From Bugula neritina (lineage: Eukaryota; Animalia; Bryozoa), in assembly GCA_964035545.1 (NCBI GenBank), contig OZ037769.1, positions 620,001-684,000 on the forward strand: a stretch of 64,000 nt of DNA, given 5' to 3'. A program made the translations under genes and the position numbers. Positions within the stretch are counted from its first letter, which is position 1, and the number at the start of each line of letters is the position of its first letter. Positions 1-12,824 of this stretch are shown here, in pieces. The notes beneath the pieces were generated by a model. The model was given only the letters and a program-made list of their open reading frames with translations. It made no database searches and was not told the origin of the DNA.

Positions 1-250
1 TTGGCAACATTTAAACAATTTCAGTAGTTGAAGGAAGCAATTTCAGTAGCTAAAGGAAGCAATTTTTGGTAAAAAAACAAGTCAAGCTGTGGAGGTTCTC
101 ATTTTGATCTAAAATATTTTATTCGTTTAGTTGCCTGTCATTTCACCAATACACATGTGATACACATACTGCAAGCATGCTGGTGCAATGCTACTTTCAC
201 TTTATAAACACATAGCAGATCAGTTATTATTTTATATCACATTGACTGTA

Positions 251-999
251 CAGTTACACTTACACGGTTATACTTACATAGTTACACTTACACAGTTATA
301 CTTACACAGTTACACTTACACGGTTACACTTACACAGTTACACTTACACGGTTACACTTACACAGTTACACTTACACAGTTACACTTACACAGTTACACT
401 TACACGGTTACACTTACACAGTTACACTTACACGGTTACACTTACACAGTTACACTTACACAGTTACACTTACACAGTTACACTTACACGGTTACACTTA
501 CACAGTCACACTTACACAGTCACACTTACACAGTTACACTTACACAGTTACACTTACACACTTACACAGCTACACTTACACAGTTCCACTTACACAGTTA
601 CACTTACACAGTTACACTTACACGGTTACACTTACACAGTCACACTTACACAGTCACACTTACACAGTTACACTTACACAGTTACACTTACACACTTACA
701 CAGCTACACTTACACAGTTCCACTTACACAGTTACACTTACACGGTTACACTTACACGGTTACACTTACACAGTTACACTTACACGGTTACACTTACACG
801 GTTACACTTACACAGCTACACTTACACAGTTCCACTTACACAGCTACACTTACACAGTTCCACTTACACAGTTACACTTACACGGTTACACTTACACGGT
901 TACACTTACACAGTTACACTTACACGGTTACACTTACACGGTTACACTTACACAGCTACACTTACACAGTTCCACTTACACAGCTACACTTACACAGTT
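251..999. repeat. Minisatellite, 14-bp unit CAGTTACACTTACA, ~53 copies, probably inside an LMLN intron
   Basis: Directly visible tandem unit; it explains the low-complexity ORF 188..1018. Confidence 0.95.
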
Positions 1000-1002
1000 C
1001 TA

Positions 1003-1166
1003 CACTGCGTTTCCATGACTGCGCATAATGCGAATGAATGCTTCGTACGGATTATTTGTGGTTTGTGGTTTGCATTACCTTATAGTTGCGGTTTCATCCG
1101 ATGTAACTGTTTCCATTAGCCGAATGAAAAAATCCATTCGCATAATGTGATAATGGAAACGCAGTG
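1003..1166. mobile_element. 164-bp MITE, PIF/Harbinger (Tourist)-like
   Basis: Perfect 14-bp TIR CACTGCGTTTCCAT...ATGGAAACGCAGTG, imperfectly extendable to ~35 bp. 3-bp flanking duplication CTA at 1000-1002 and 1167-1169. Confidence 0.75.
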
Positions 1167-1194
1167 CTAGCCAGAGTATATATTTACATTACAG

Positions 1195-4100
1195 AACTCT
1201 GTGATGGGTACAGCCATACAGTACTGGGAGAATGCCCTAAAGACAAGGAGATTATCCAAACCAATACTACTAGCTAGGTATCTTTATATCTTCTTTATAC
1301 TCTAGTGGTTATATATGTCATTGTAGGTCACCTGATATTTCTAGGTCACCTCGTGTAAGTCACACATATTTCTCTATGTAGTGTGTAGACAAGTATCTTT
1401 ATACCTTAGGTCGTGTGTAGATGGTGACGTATTCAGAACTGACACTGAAGACATCAGTGACCGGCAGACATATTGTATTGACGGCTGCAGTCCGGTTACC
1501 ATGTGTGGAGACAGTGTAGTCCCAGGACATCATCTGCAGGTTAGAATTAGTGTGTACTATTATATAGTTGGTATAGTTTATTCATCTTTATAATATAACC
1601 ACTCTCTAAAGTAGATGGAATATTGTCCCTCGGTTGTCATTCAAAATATTCAGTTTGTCATGGTTTATACAAACATGCACATACTAATATGTAGTTAGAT
1701 GTTTGGAATTCCAACAATACAATGACAAGACAACTCTTAACACTAAATAAATAAAGCATTTGACATGCATTATAAGTCTACTAGTTGCACACAATCAAAG
1801 TATCTTATTTCATAAACTGTGTTCTCTCAGTCAGTATTTACCCATCTCTACTTTCACTGAGGCTGTAGTCAACCAGTTCTGTTTATATTTTAGTATAATC
1901 TTTCTATTCACTTCCTCCTTCCCCATAGTGTATATATATATCATAGTTTAGACTGAGGGCTAGTGTCACTTTGCTTGAGGGTGGCGCTCTCTACGCCCAC
2001 CCTATATGTTGTAGTTTGCTTCTATTCCAATAAACATTAATTTAGTTTTTCCTTATACTTTATTTTCCTTGTACAATCAGTTTTCTCAGCCTGCAGCTTG
2101 TGTTAGTGTAATCAAGTAGAATGCATTGTATTGGTTTAATAAAGTGTGCGGTTATCAGAATGAATGCATAGCAAAGCTGTGACCACCATATTAGCATATT
2201 ATCATCAAGGAAGTTCTTGAGTTGTTTACACAGTCCACACAGTGATTGGTTTGTTTGTTAGAGAACTAGATAATATACTGATAGACTAGCACATAGCTAG
2301 CACCTAGTCCTACAGTATCCAGCACTACAGTGTATAGATATATACTGCAGTGTATGTATAGATATACTACAGTGTATGTATAGATTTTGAGATCACTGAG
2401 CTAGACCCTTATATTGTGGTAATTTTGTCTCCCCATTCAAGTGGTTTCTTTGTATTCTACACAAAATATTATTGAAGTCCCCAAGGTTTATGGTATTTGC
2501 CTTTGAGTTGCATTTTGGTGACTTGGAATTCAGAAGTAGAAAAACTAGAAAATCAAACTGATTTGAGTAATTCTGATGGCAATATTTCCCATCCAGGGCT
2601 GCCGGCTGTATGACACGTGGAATGAGAAGTTCATAATAGAGAACAGCTCAGCAGCGGGAGTGACAGACGCTGACTTTCTGCTGTACGTGGCTGCCAGTGA
2701 CACAGCCAGATGTGACTCATCTGTAGCCTACGCAACCTACTGTCAGTTAGAGGTGGAGTACGACCGTCCCATAGCCGGCTTCATCAACATCTGCCCTAAG
2801 GCTATCTCTACTCACGAGACCGACTTGGCTCTTACAGTGGCTAAAGTGAAGCATGAGATTCTTCACGCCTTGGTGAGTGTCTGTGTTATGTAATATATGT
2901 GTATGTTATGTAATATATGTGTATTTTATGGAATATATGTGTATAGTATGTAATATATGTGTATAGTATGTAATATATGTGTATATTATGTAATATATGT
3001 GTATAGTGTGTAATATATGTGTATATATTATGTAATATATGTGTATGATATGTAATATATGTGTATATGTTATGTAATATATGTGTATATTATGTAATAT
3101 ATGTGTAAATATTGTGTAATATATATGTATAGTATGTAATATATGTGTATATTATATAATATATGTGTATAGTATGTCATATATGTGTATTTTATGTAAT
3201 ATATGTGTATGTTATGTAATATATGTGTATAGTATGTAATATATGTGTATGTTATGTAATATATGTGTATAGTGTGTAATATATGTGTATGTTATGTAAT
3301 ATATGTGTATAGTATGTAATATATGTGTATGTTATGTAATATATGTGTATAGTATGTAATATATGTGTATAGTATGTAATATATGTGTATAGTATGTAAT
3401 ATATGTGTATATTATGTAATATATGTGTATAGTATGTAATATATGTGTATAGTATGTAATATATGTGTATATTATGTAATATATGTGTATAGTATGTAAT
3501 ATATGTGTATAGTATGTAATATATGTGTATAGTATGTAATATATGTGTATAGTATGTAATATATATTATACATACATGCCTGTGTTGAAGGGCTTCTCCC
3601 TCAGTCTATACGGCTTCTATAGAGATTCTGATGGGAATCCTCTGACGCAGAGAGAGCCAATAGGAAATCGTCCTCCCCTGGGGTATGTTACTAGTCTCAC
3701 TGTTTACTCTGATATACTAACGTGTTTGTGTGTCGTATGTACTTACTGTATGGTATGTACTTACTGTATCATATGTACTTACTGTATCATATGTACTTAC
3801 TGTATCGTATGTACTTACTGTATCGTATGTACTTACTGTATCTACTATACTTACTGCATCGTATGTACTTACTGTATCGTATGTACTTACTGTATCGTAT
3901 GTACTTACTGTATGGTATGTACTTACTGTATCATATGTACTTACTGTATCGTATGTACTTTTTGTATCGTATGTACTTACTGTATCTACTGTACTTACTG
4001 TATCGTATGTACTTACTGTATCTACTGTACTTACTGCATCGTATGCACTTACTGTATCGTATGTACTTACTGTATCGTATGTACTTACTGTATCTACTGT

Positions 4101-7100
4101 ACTTACTGCATCGTATGCACTTACTGTATCGTATGTACTTACTGTATCTACTGTACTTACTGCATCGTATGCACTTACTGTATCGTATGTACTTACTGTA
4201 TCTACTGTACTTACATCATATTGATATCTCTTTTTAGAGCCGACAAGAGCTATATATTCAGTGACCGAGTCGTACGGATTGTGTGGCGACGTGATTGGCT
4301 GACTACTAACGGGACAGTCGAATGGCCAGTGAACATGATGGTCACTCCTAGAGTCACTGTGAGTATTGTACTGTGGGTCACAGAGTCACTGTGAGTAGCA
4401 TACTGTGGGTCACAGAGTTACTGTGAGTATTAAGTGACTGTTAAAGCATGCTGCCAGGTCTCAGTGTGTTTGGCTGACCTTCTATAAAGTTGGAATAAAA
4501 AACTGGTTGTTGTTAATAAAAATATTTCTCACAATACACACAGATTGGAATTATACCATACAAAGTTCAATGACTGGTGATATGTATGTTTAGCTATATA
4601 AACCACGTCTAGTACTACATAATACAGTCCAGGTGTTCCGGGAATGATATTTTGAAACTCTTTGAAGGAAGAGGCAAGAAATCACTTCAACTGTTCGCTG
4701 CTGGAAGGAGCTGAGTTGGAGAATCAGGGGTCAACCGGTACACGACTCACTCACTGGGAGAAGAGAGTGTTTGAGGTGAGGGGGATGTGTTAGTCCTCTT
4801 TCTCACTTACTAGCTCACTTACTCTTAGTATCAGTCACTCACTTACTCTTAGTATCAGTCACTCAGTTACTCTTAGTATCAGTCACTCATTTACTCTTAG
4901 TATCAGTCACTCACTTACTCTTAGTATCAGTCACTCACCTATTCTCTCACTGCTCACTTGTTTACTCACTTAGTCTCTCACTCATTCACTCACTCACTCA
5001 GTCATGTTTACCTATTTACTAATTAACTAAACACAACACTGCCCCACACCATATCATACTACCACACCACATCACACTCTAGCACTACTAACCATATAAT
5101 GTAGCACACACAAACCAATACAATATCTTGTAGAATGAGATGATGACAGGAATCTACACACAGAACCCTGTAGTGTCTAGGATAACCTTAGCTCTTATGG
5201 AAGATACGGGGTATGTAGTCTACACCCCCTTACTTATTTTACAGCTGGTACATTATATTACAGGTGGTACACTATATTACAGCTGGTACACTATATTACA
5301 GCTGGTACATTATATTACAGGTAGTACATTATATTACAGCTGGTACACTATATTACAGCTGGTACATTATATTACAGCTGGTACATTATATTACAGCTGG
5401 TACATTATATTACAGCTGGTACATTATATTACAGCTGGTACATTATATTACAGCTGGTACATTATATTACAGCTGGTACATTATATTACAGCTGGTACAT
5501 TATATTACAGCTGGTATATTATATTACAGGTAGTACATTATATTACAGCTGGTACACTATATTACAGCTGGTACACTATATTACAGGTAGTACATTATAT
5601 TACAGCTGGTATATTATATTACAGCTGGTACATTATATTACAGCTGGTACATTATATTACAGCTGGTACATTATATTACAGCTGGTACATTATATTACAG
5701 CTGGTACACTGTATTACAGCTGGTACACTATATTACAGCTGGTACATTATATTACAGCTGGTACACTATATTACAGCTGGTACATTATATTACAGCTGGC
5801 ACATTATATTACAGCTGGTACATTATATTACACCTGGTACATTATATTACAGCTGGTACACTATATTACAGCTGGTACATTATATTACAGCTGATACACT
5901 ATATTACAGCTGGTACATTATATTACAGCTGGTACATTATATTACAGCTGGTACATTTTATTACAGGTGGTATATTATATTATAGCTGGTACATTATATT
6001 ACAGGTAATACATTATATTACAGCTGATACATTATATTACAGCTGGTACATTATATTACAGGTGATATATTATATTGCAGCTGGTACATGGCCAACTACT
6101 CATATGCAGAGACACTGGACTGGGGAAAGAATCTCGGCTGTGAGTTCGCCATGAAGAGCTGCTCGGAGTGGATTCAGAAGAGAGAAGCTAAGTTAGTATC
6201 TCTACCTAGACTAGGTTTCTATGACTTATAGCCTTTCTACCACCACACTCATTGATATCTATTGTTGTAGTGATGAGAGTGCTCACCCTTACTGTACAGA
6301 AGTCAGATCTAACCCTCTTAGAACTCATTGTAACAGCAGACGTACTGCCTTATCCGTCTGCAACTTGCTCCAATATTCTCAGGATTTGAATATTTTTTAC
6401 AGATACTCGGCTAAAAGCCCTCGGTTAGGGGGTGGTGTTAGTTTAGCCGACTATTGCCCCTACCTGCAGGTATGGAACCTGGTCTATTGTATCATTATGC
6501 TGCGTGCTACTCCCACACACTGTGTGTCACCGTCATAGATATTACTCCGCGTGTCATGTATAATTCAAGATAGATGACATGTACTGCTAAAGCACCTGTT
6601 TGTTATTGTCAGGAGTTTGATTGGAAGAAGGAAGCGACATTTGTTAGAGGAAGTGAATGCTACCTGACATCTAATGCCCCACATGTTGACACCAACCTAG
6701 CTATAGAGTACTATGGCAAGGACAGCAGGTGCTTTGATCAAGTTAGTCCATTTCAGATGTTCAGGTGCTCCACGGTGTTCACATCTAACAACTACGGGGC
6801 TGGTTGTTACCAGGTGAGATAAATAGTCTATTCAAATAAACAATTCAAGTGTTTTACACTCGTTACACTCAACAGTATCATTATGTTACACCACAATGTT
6901 ACTATGTACATGTTACAAACACTTAATACTGAACTTGTAAACTATTTATAAAGTATATTTTGATTCAACAAGTTAAAATGTTTGCACAGTTTTGCAAATC
7001 AATCTATTCTAATATATTATATATGTAGAGGTCCTTGAGAAGGATAGAGAGGATAACTCTGTATTGAAACCCGCAATGTTTCAATAATTTCTCGAAAATG

Positions 7101-8079
7101 TTTAACTTGATTTTCTAGTCAAAGTAGTGTTTGACTTTTCTGATGTATGTTCTCTTTTTAATTTTATTGGTTATTTTTTTATATTTTAATTGCCCAATCG
7201 GCTTATTTGTTGAGGTTGTATATAATTGTGAAGACTGCTACTACTTATGAGCTGCTGTATTTACTTTACTAGCCTCAGTACCTTACCACTCATTATCCTG
7301 ATATATATCTTGTTCTCTGTTTCTTGCTGCAGTACAAGTGTGTGGCTGGCCAGGGGCTATACATCTATGTAGCTGACAAGGAGTTCAGGTGCTATAAGAA
7401 GGGCCAGCTGCTGGATGTCAAAGTGACAACCACTGAGTCATACTTTGAAGGTGCTTTAGTGTGTCCAGCCTGTGAAGAGGTCTGTGCGGTGAGTCATGCT
7501 TTCAGTTCTGTACAGTAAAAGAGAAGACAACTTCCTTATTCGCTGCCAGCTGTTGCAAGTATTTAGATTTCTAGAATCTAGAGATAGAATTTTCGTTCAA
7601 GTTATTTTATTATCTTTTGGTTTGCCAATGTCGTATATTTTTGTAAATAGAATTTTAAATTTGGTTTAGTTCACTAAATTAAATGTTTAGGGTGCAAGCG
7701 TTTTAGAAACTTAAAGGAAATTGACGAGGTGGGGCAACTCTGAAATTGTAAAATGAACTTAATTGTTTTTTCCTGCAAAACTTTATACATTATTGCCAAT
7801 AGCAAGACTTGATGAGTATTTAATTTTTACTTGCTATAAAAATTATTTTACCCATTTTAATTTTAATTAATAAATACTAACATACTAAAAACATTGCTCT
7901 GTGCTTGTCGACAGGTTGGGATTTGTCCCCCCGAATCAGAACCTCCTCCTAGTACTGTAGAAGACCCAGTGAAAGACATTCCATGTGTTTCTGGAGCTAG
8001 TCAACTTATCCCTTCCAGTATATGCCTTTCTATTTTGCTATGCTGTGTATTACCTTACTGCTTTTCATTCTATAGTTAA
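1195..8079 (+). CDS. LMLN: Leishmanolysin-like peptidase / invadolysin (M8 zinc metalloprotease), 5'-partial, predicted GPI anchor
   Basis: Exons 1195-1277, 1410-1539, 2597-2872, 3591-3682, 4238-4358, 4668-4775, 5134-5210, 6081-6191, 6271-6469, 6613-6813, 7333-7488, 7915-8079; all GT-AG and phase-compatible. Motifs: [31 protein letters not shown] (HExxH at 2852-2866), [23 protein letters not shown] (third His and Met-turn), [26 protein letters not shown], and a hydrophobic C-terminal tail. Confidence 0.96.
2887..3563. repeat. Intronic minisatellite, 20-bp unit TATGTAATATATGTGTATAG, ~33 copies
   Basis: Fills almost all of LMLN intron 2873-3590. Confidence 0.95.
3733..4214. repeat. Intronic minisatellite, 18-bp unit TATCGTATGTACTTACTG, ~27 copies
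   Basis: Inside LMLN intron 3683-4237; gives open frames in all three + frames. Confidence 0.95.
4350..4431 (+). repeat. Triplicated 5' splice junction, 32-bp period (AGAGTCACT|GTGAGTA)
   Basis: Copies begin at 4350, 4382 and 4414; the first is the real LMLN donor. Confidence 0.9.
4816..4940. repeat. Intronic minisatellite, 24-bp unit CACTTACTCTTAGTATCAGTCACT, ~5 copies
   Basis: Directly visible in LMLN intron 4776-5133. Confidence 0.9.
5235..6089 (+). repeat. Intronic minisatellite, 19-bp unit TATATTACAG|CTGGTACAT, ~45 copies; the unit equals the downstream intron/exon junction
   Basis: The last unit, TATATTGCAG|CTGGTACATG, is the functional acceptor of exon 6081-6191. Confidence 0.95.
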
Positions 8080-8747
8080 CACCAGTCTAAAACACATATG
8101 TTGTTGCTAAGGTAATTTTTCCTGTGGATTTAACGTCAGCTTAACTTGTATGCCAGCAATATTCTTCTGGAATATATCTACATTGTTGAGTATTTTTGTT
8201 TAGATAATATTTGTATATTTCTGTATTTTATCGGTAAACTTTTTTTAATTTTATAGGAATTTTTTAACTTTAGCATTTTATATTTATTTACAATGAAATG
8301 TTCTACTTAACCTTTAAGCTGTCATGTAGCATTCCTATACATTTGTACATGTCTTTGTCATGTTTTGTTACTAATCAGCAAATTTATCTTGAGAAGCGAA
8401 GAACAAATAAACCTCTATGATAGGTTAAGAACTTTGTTTTCTAGACCCTCCCTCCTACCTCACCACCCCTCCCCCCTCCTCCCCAGTTATGATTTTGTGA
8501 TGCTATTATTCTACTCATCATGCTGATCAAGTGGAATTATTAGTTAGCAATGTTTCATGCTTACTTTTACAAGGGAAAATAACTCCCACAAGTGCAGCGT
8601 TAAGCTACCAAAGTTTCTCAACTAGCATAAATCAAACTGAAACACGCCAGTCAACATATTCACAATTATAGATTCATTTTTTATATTATATTTACAGTCA
8701 CAACTTTATCAAACAACAAAATTTCATTCAATAAAAACCAAAATTCT

Positions 8748-9796
8748 CTAGACCTGAGAATCTTTTGACTTCTTCAAATTTTCCAGCTGTTTATCATGAA
8801 TTTTTTTAATGAAGTCTCTTCTAGAGATCAGAGGTAGAGATTTAGTTCTTAGCATGCCAGTCGTCTCATTGCCATACGCAGTAAACTTTTTATCGAAACC
8901 CGGAACAAGCACCCTCAATGCCTTGTTGGACTCTAGAATCTTGCTGTAATACTCATATCCAGCCTGACTAAACTCTGGGCTGATTGTAGCAGCATATTTG
9001 TCAGCGTACTGATCTAAGTAACAGTTGTATGAGTCAGATATAACCACGTAGCACAGGTATGCAACTAGCGAAGAAGTGAGATAAGTGACGCCCTTTGCGG
9101 TTTGATTCCGTTTTGACCCTTTCCTATAGTTGAGTAAATGAGCTGCTATAAATGAAGAAACAATAAAAAACACTTGAAAGAATAAATTCACAGTCACTTG
9201 CTGACTGTCTAGGTAGCCCAGCTGCTGCGCTATGAGGAACTCTTTCTCGCTGTCAGTCAGTAACAACGCTGCCGCCACTTTACTTGCCAGAGGCTCCTCC
9301 CACGGGAAGTTTCGTTTGATGAGGTCACCTTTGGCAGCTTCAAAATCGTCAGCTGACTTCCATTTAAAGATGAAGGGAATCCCAATGAGAGAAGAACAAT
9401 CGAGTGACAGGCAGCCTTGATGTCTCGGGTAGAAGGCATCCGTTATGTAAAAATCTAGTTTGGCCGATTTATGTTCAGGGAAATTCAGCTTATTCAACAC
9501 CTGTAATACATCATATAGTATAGATATACAATACAGTACATCATATAGTATAGATATACAAGACAGTACATCATATAGCATAGATATACAAAGAAAACAA
9601 CACTCACGCTAGCAACTAGTTGTAAATCTTCGTTGTCTACGAGTAAAGGCTCTTTGTTCTCCTTAGAATACTTTGCATAGAACCGCTTTGTGTATTTTGG
9701 AAGCATTACTGGCAGCAAGGAGTAACCAGTTGCTGCTGCAATGGCTACTGTGCCGGCTATTTGCCAGCCTAAACCATAACCGAGTCCACTACTCAT
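8748..9796 (-). CDS. TMEM177: Transmembrane protein 177 (mitochondrial inner membrane, COX2 biogenesis), ~313 aa
   Basis: Exons 9796-9608 and 9500-8748 (GTGAG...CAG intron). Family-like segments LIGIPFIF, LLLTDSEKEFLIAQQL and ADKYAATISPEFSQAGYEYYSKILESNKALR..FTAYGN..RTKSLPLISRRD. Confidence 0.88.
9507..9590. repeat. 30-bp unit x3 filling the TMEM177 intron
   Basis: TACATCATATAGTATAGATATACAATACAG repeated. Confidence 0.9.
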
Positions 9797-10727
9797 CGTG
9801 AAGTCTGCAAGCTGCAACAAAATCATAATGCCTTTGTGATGGAATGATCACATTATAATTACACATATCGCAGAGTTGAGCTTTAAAATAATAATGATAA
9901 TTATGATAATTTTTTAAAACAAGTAATACTTACAGTTTATCAAATTTTATTGGTTATGATTTTTGAATTCATTTGTACTTCTACTGAAATACTAGCTATT
10001 CACTATTTCCATTGTAATAGTAATTGGAATTAGTCACTACTAACTTCTAAGGCCGAAGCAATTACTACTTACTACTACGCTTACTGATACTAGGTCTAGT
10101 AGTATTAGTAGTAGTACTACTAGTACTAGTCCTAGTACCTTACAATATGAATAAATGATGATTTCTGTTTCAAACTTCAACTGAATTTAAGTTGCACTTT
10201 CACTCTCAGTTGGAGGCTAAGACTAACACTAACAGTTATACTTATAGTTATAAATTATAGCAAATCTTAAAACTAAATACTAAATACTAATAGTAAATGT
10301 AATGCCTATCAGTATCACTGATACTGATAGTCATAGTAAATCACTGAAAGTGAAACTGAATGTGATACTCATACTGATACTGATAACTCATACTCTCATA
10401 CTCATAATGATAATCATAGTCATAGTGATACCCAATCCCATACTGATACTCAGACTGATACTCATACTCATACTGATAGACGTGATAGTGATAGTGATAG
10501 CCATACTCAGTAATACTGATACTGTTATAGCCATGTGAATGGCTATAACAGTATCTAATTCTAATTCTATTACTTTATTACTACAAAAGAAATAAACACT
10601 CTAGCTTGATATTCAATTTCATATTACTATTAGTATTAATGATGAAATTAAAATAAATACTGAAAAACAGTAAAACTCATGCAAGTTTTTAAACTTGAGT
10701 GAGTTGAACTAAAATGCATGTTTTAAC

Positions 10728-11015
10728 CTGCTTTGCAACAATGAAGGCGAGCACTTATTCGTCGCAAAATAAATTTGATTTCTACTGGTTAGGATTATGG
10801 GTTATAAAGAGACACTAAGATTCTTTACACTCGCTTCCAAGAAGATAAATAGTCCGGGAATTATAAACGTTTGTTACGTTAAATAAGGTGAGTGTTACCT
10901 TATGTAAATGTATGCATTGTAAGTTGTCATAGCACGCCACCGGCTTATGGAAAAGCTATCAAATCGATCTTCTTTAAACATTATTTCTCTAATAAGTATC
11001 ACAAAATCTGCCATA
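10728..11015. promoter_or_regulatory. Probable short bidirectional promoter between TMEM177 (-) and ATP5F1E (+)
   Basis: Minus-strand donor CAG|GTTAAAA at 10728 suggests a TMEM177 5'-UTR exon. ATP5F1E ATG is at 11016. CpGs are locally enriched. TSSs are not directly visible. Confidence 0.5.
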
Positions 11016-12824
11016 ATGAGTGGTTGGAGACAGGCTGGAGTCAAGTAAGTGTAGTAGTAGTAATACTAATACTGTATTAATACTAATTATCATAATGATA
11101 ATAGTTTTCCTATTAGTATTATTATTACTATTAGTATTAGTATTACTATTAGTATTACATTTGTCTTTGACTTACTCTCAAGTCTAAGTCTTAGATTTGG
11201 TAATTGAACGTGGAGGTAATGTTATTATTACACAGACACTAAGTGACTAATACTAATAGTAATTCAGTAATAGTAATTCAGTAATAGTAATACTTCAACT
11301 ATAACAATCGACCTCATCAAGAATTTATTTTAAAAACATGTGGAAGTCACAATGTCATAAAATAACTATAACTATAAGCTAAAGCACTGTGAGTGTGTTT
11401 TATCTGGCATGCTGCTCTTCTTGACTGGTTGACATGTTTTCTTTACCAATAGCCAATAGGCAACATGAATATATTGATATAGAAAGTTAGTCTTAAACTT
11501 GCTTTGTAAATCTTAAAAGCTAAAACTAAAAGTGTTGTAGCTGTTAAACTTGATCGAAAGAATTTTTTTCAACTTGAATTAGTAGTTACTAAAGTCATAG
11601 ACATAATAATAAACTAGGTTGCAATCTACTTGCAGAAAATGATAGATTACCACAGTGATACACACACATCTAGCAACCCAGCACACTGCTGAGGTGTATT
11701 TGTGTTAAGAGTCATACAGATTTTTGTATGAACTCTCGTTGTACTTGTAGTTACATCAGATACAGTCAGATCTGCGCCTCAGTGGTGAGGAAGTCTGTCA
11801 AGCCTCAGTTCCAAACTGCTGACGCTGCCAGGAAAGATGCCTCGGCTATAAAAATAACAAAATGGGCCAATGGGAAGCCTGTCACTGCTCAGTATGTATT
11901 TCAACTTCTGTCTCTGTTCTATTCAAGCTGAAACAGTTCACTCAGATTGAGTTGTTGAGTTTCAGTTGTCATATACTAGTAGACTTAATGTGCTAGTTAT
12001 AGTATACTGGTAGTAGTAGTAGGGGCAGTGTACTAGTAGTACTATATTAGCTGTAATGTATAGTAGTGATGTACTAGTTGTAATGTACTAGTAGTAATGT
12101 ACTAATATCAGGGTTGGGGTAATTGTAATTGGTTGTAATTAATTACATTTTTTCAAGTAATTGAATGTAATTTGTAATTGATGTATAAAATGTAAATGTA
12201 ATTGCATTAATTACATTGCTAATGTAATTGAATTTCCTAATCACGTTATAATTACATAAAAATTACTTCAAGTTTTTAAATCTTATAAATTTCACATTTT
12301 TCCTGCCTTGCCTACTGTTTAATAAAAAGTTCAGATTAATTTAATGTTGTATTTATCACCCTATTCATTACTGTTATTGTTCTCACAGACCAATAAAAGT
12401 TATATAATCTCATTTCTGGAGTCCAACTACCAGGGGCAATTTTGACAACTGAAAACCTTCTTTGTTCTATTACAAATTACATTCAATTACTTGAAAAAAT
12501 GTAATTAATTACAACCAATTACAATTACAAATTACTATTACCCAACCCTGAGTCTAGTAGTAGTGTACTACTAGTAGTGTACTAGTAGTAATAGGCTATT
12601 TCTGGGTGGAGTAGAATAGGGGGAGGGTCTCACGAAATATTATTCACTGAAGCTCTAAATCTACATGTTGTGTCAAATTTCAAAATTTGTGATCTGTGGA
12701 AGATTTTAAACTTGGTGTGTCGTGTGACATTGGATGCCATATTATGCTGTATTTATAGTATCATGTTGACCTTTTAGCTTGAAAAGTGTTGAATGTATGT
12801 TTCTATTACAGGTCAACAGCTTAG
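11016..12824 (+). CDS. ATP5F1E: Mitochondrial ATP synthase F1 subunit epsilon, 60 aa
   Basis: Exons 11016-11044, 11751-11891, 12812-12824 give MSGWRQAGVNYIRYSQICASVVRKSVKPQFQTADAARKDASAIKITKWANGKPVTAQSTA; classic WRxAG..YIRYSQIC..KW.NGK signature. Confidence 0.96.
12109..12550. mobile_element. 442-bp non-autonomous DNA transposon (MITE) with hAT-like CAGGG termini, in ATP5F1E intron 2
   Basis: CAGGGTTGGG...CCCAACCCTG ends plus a ~58-bp subterminal inverted repeat rich in GTAATT. No intact 8-bp TSD visible. Confidence 0.8.

Noticed and set aside
188-1018. 276-aa His/Thr/Tyr-rich ORF
   Set aside because: Translation of a stop-free 14-bp minisatellite; no independent coding evidence.
3543-5985. 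Cys-rich (CTYCIV)n 'metallothionein-like' ORF and ([12 protein letters not shown])n ORFs
   Set aside because: Read-through of intronic 18- and 19-bp arrays between real LMLN exons.
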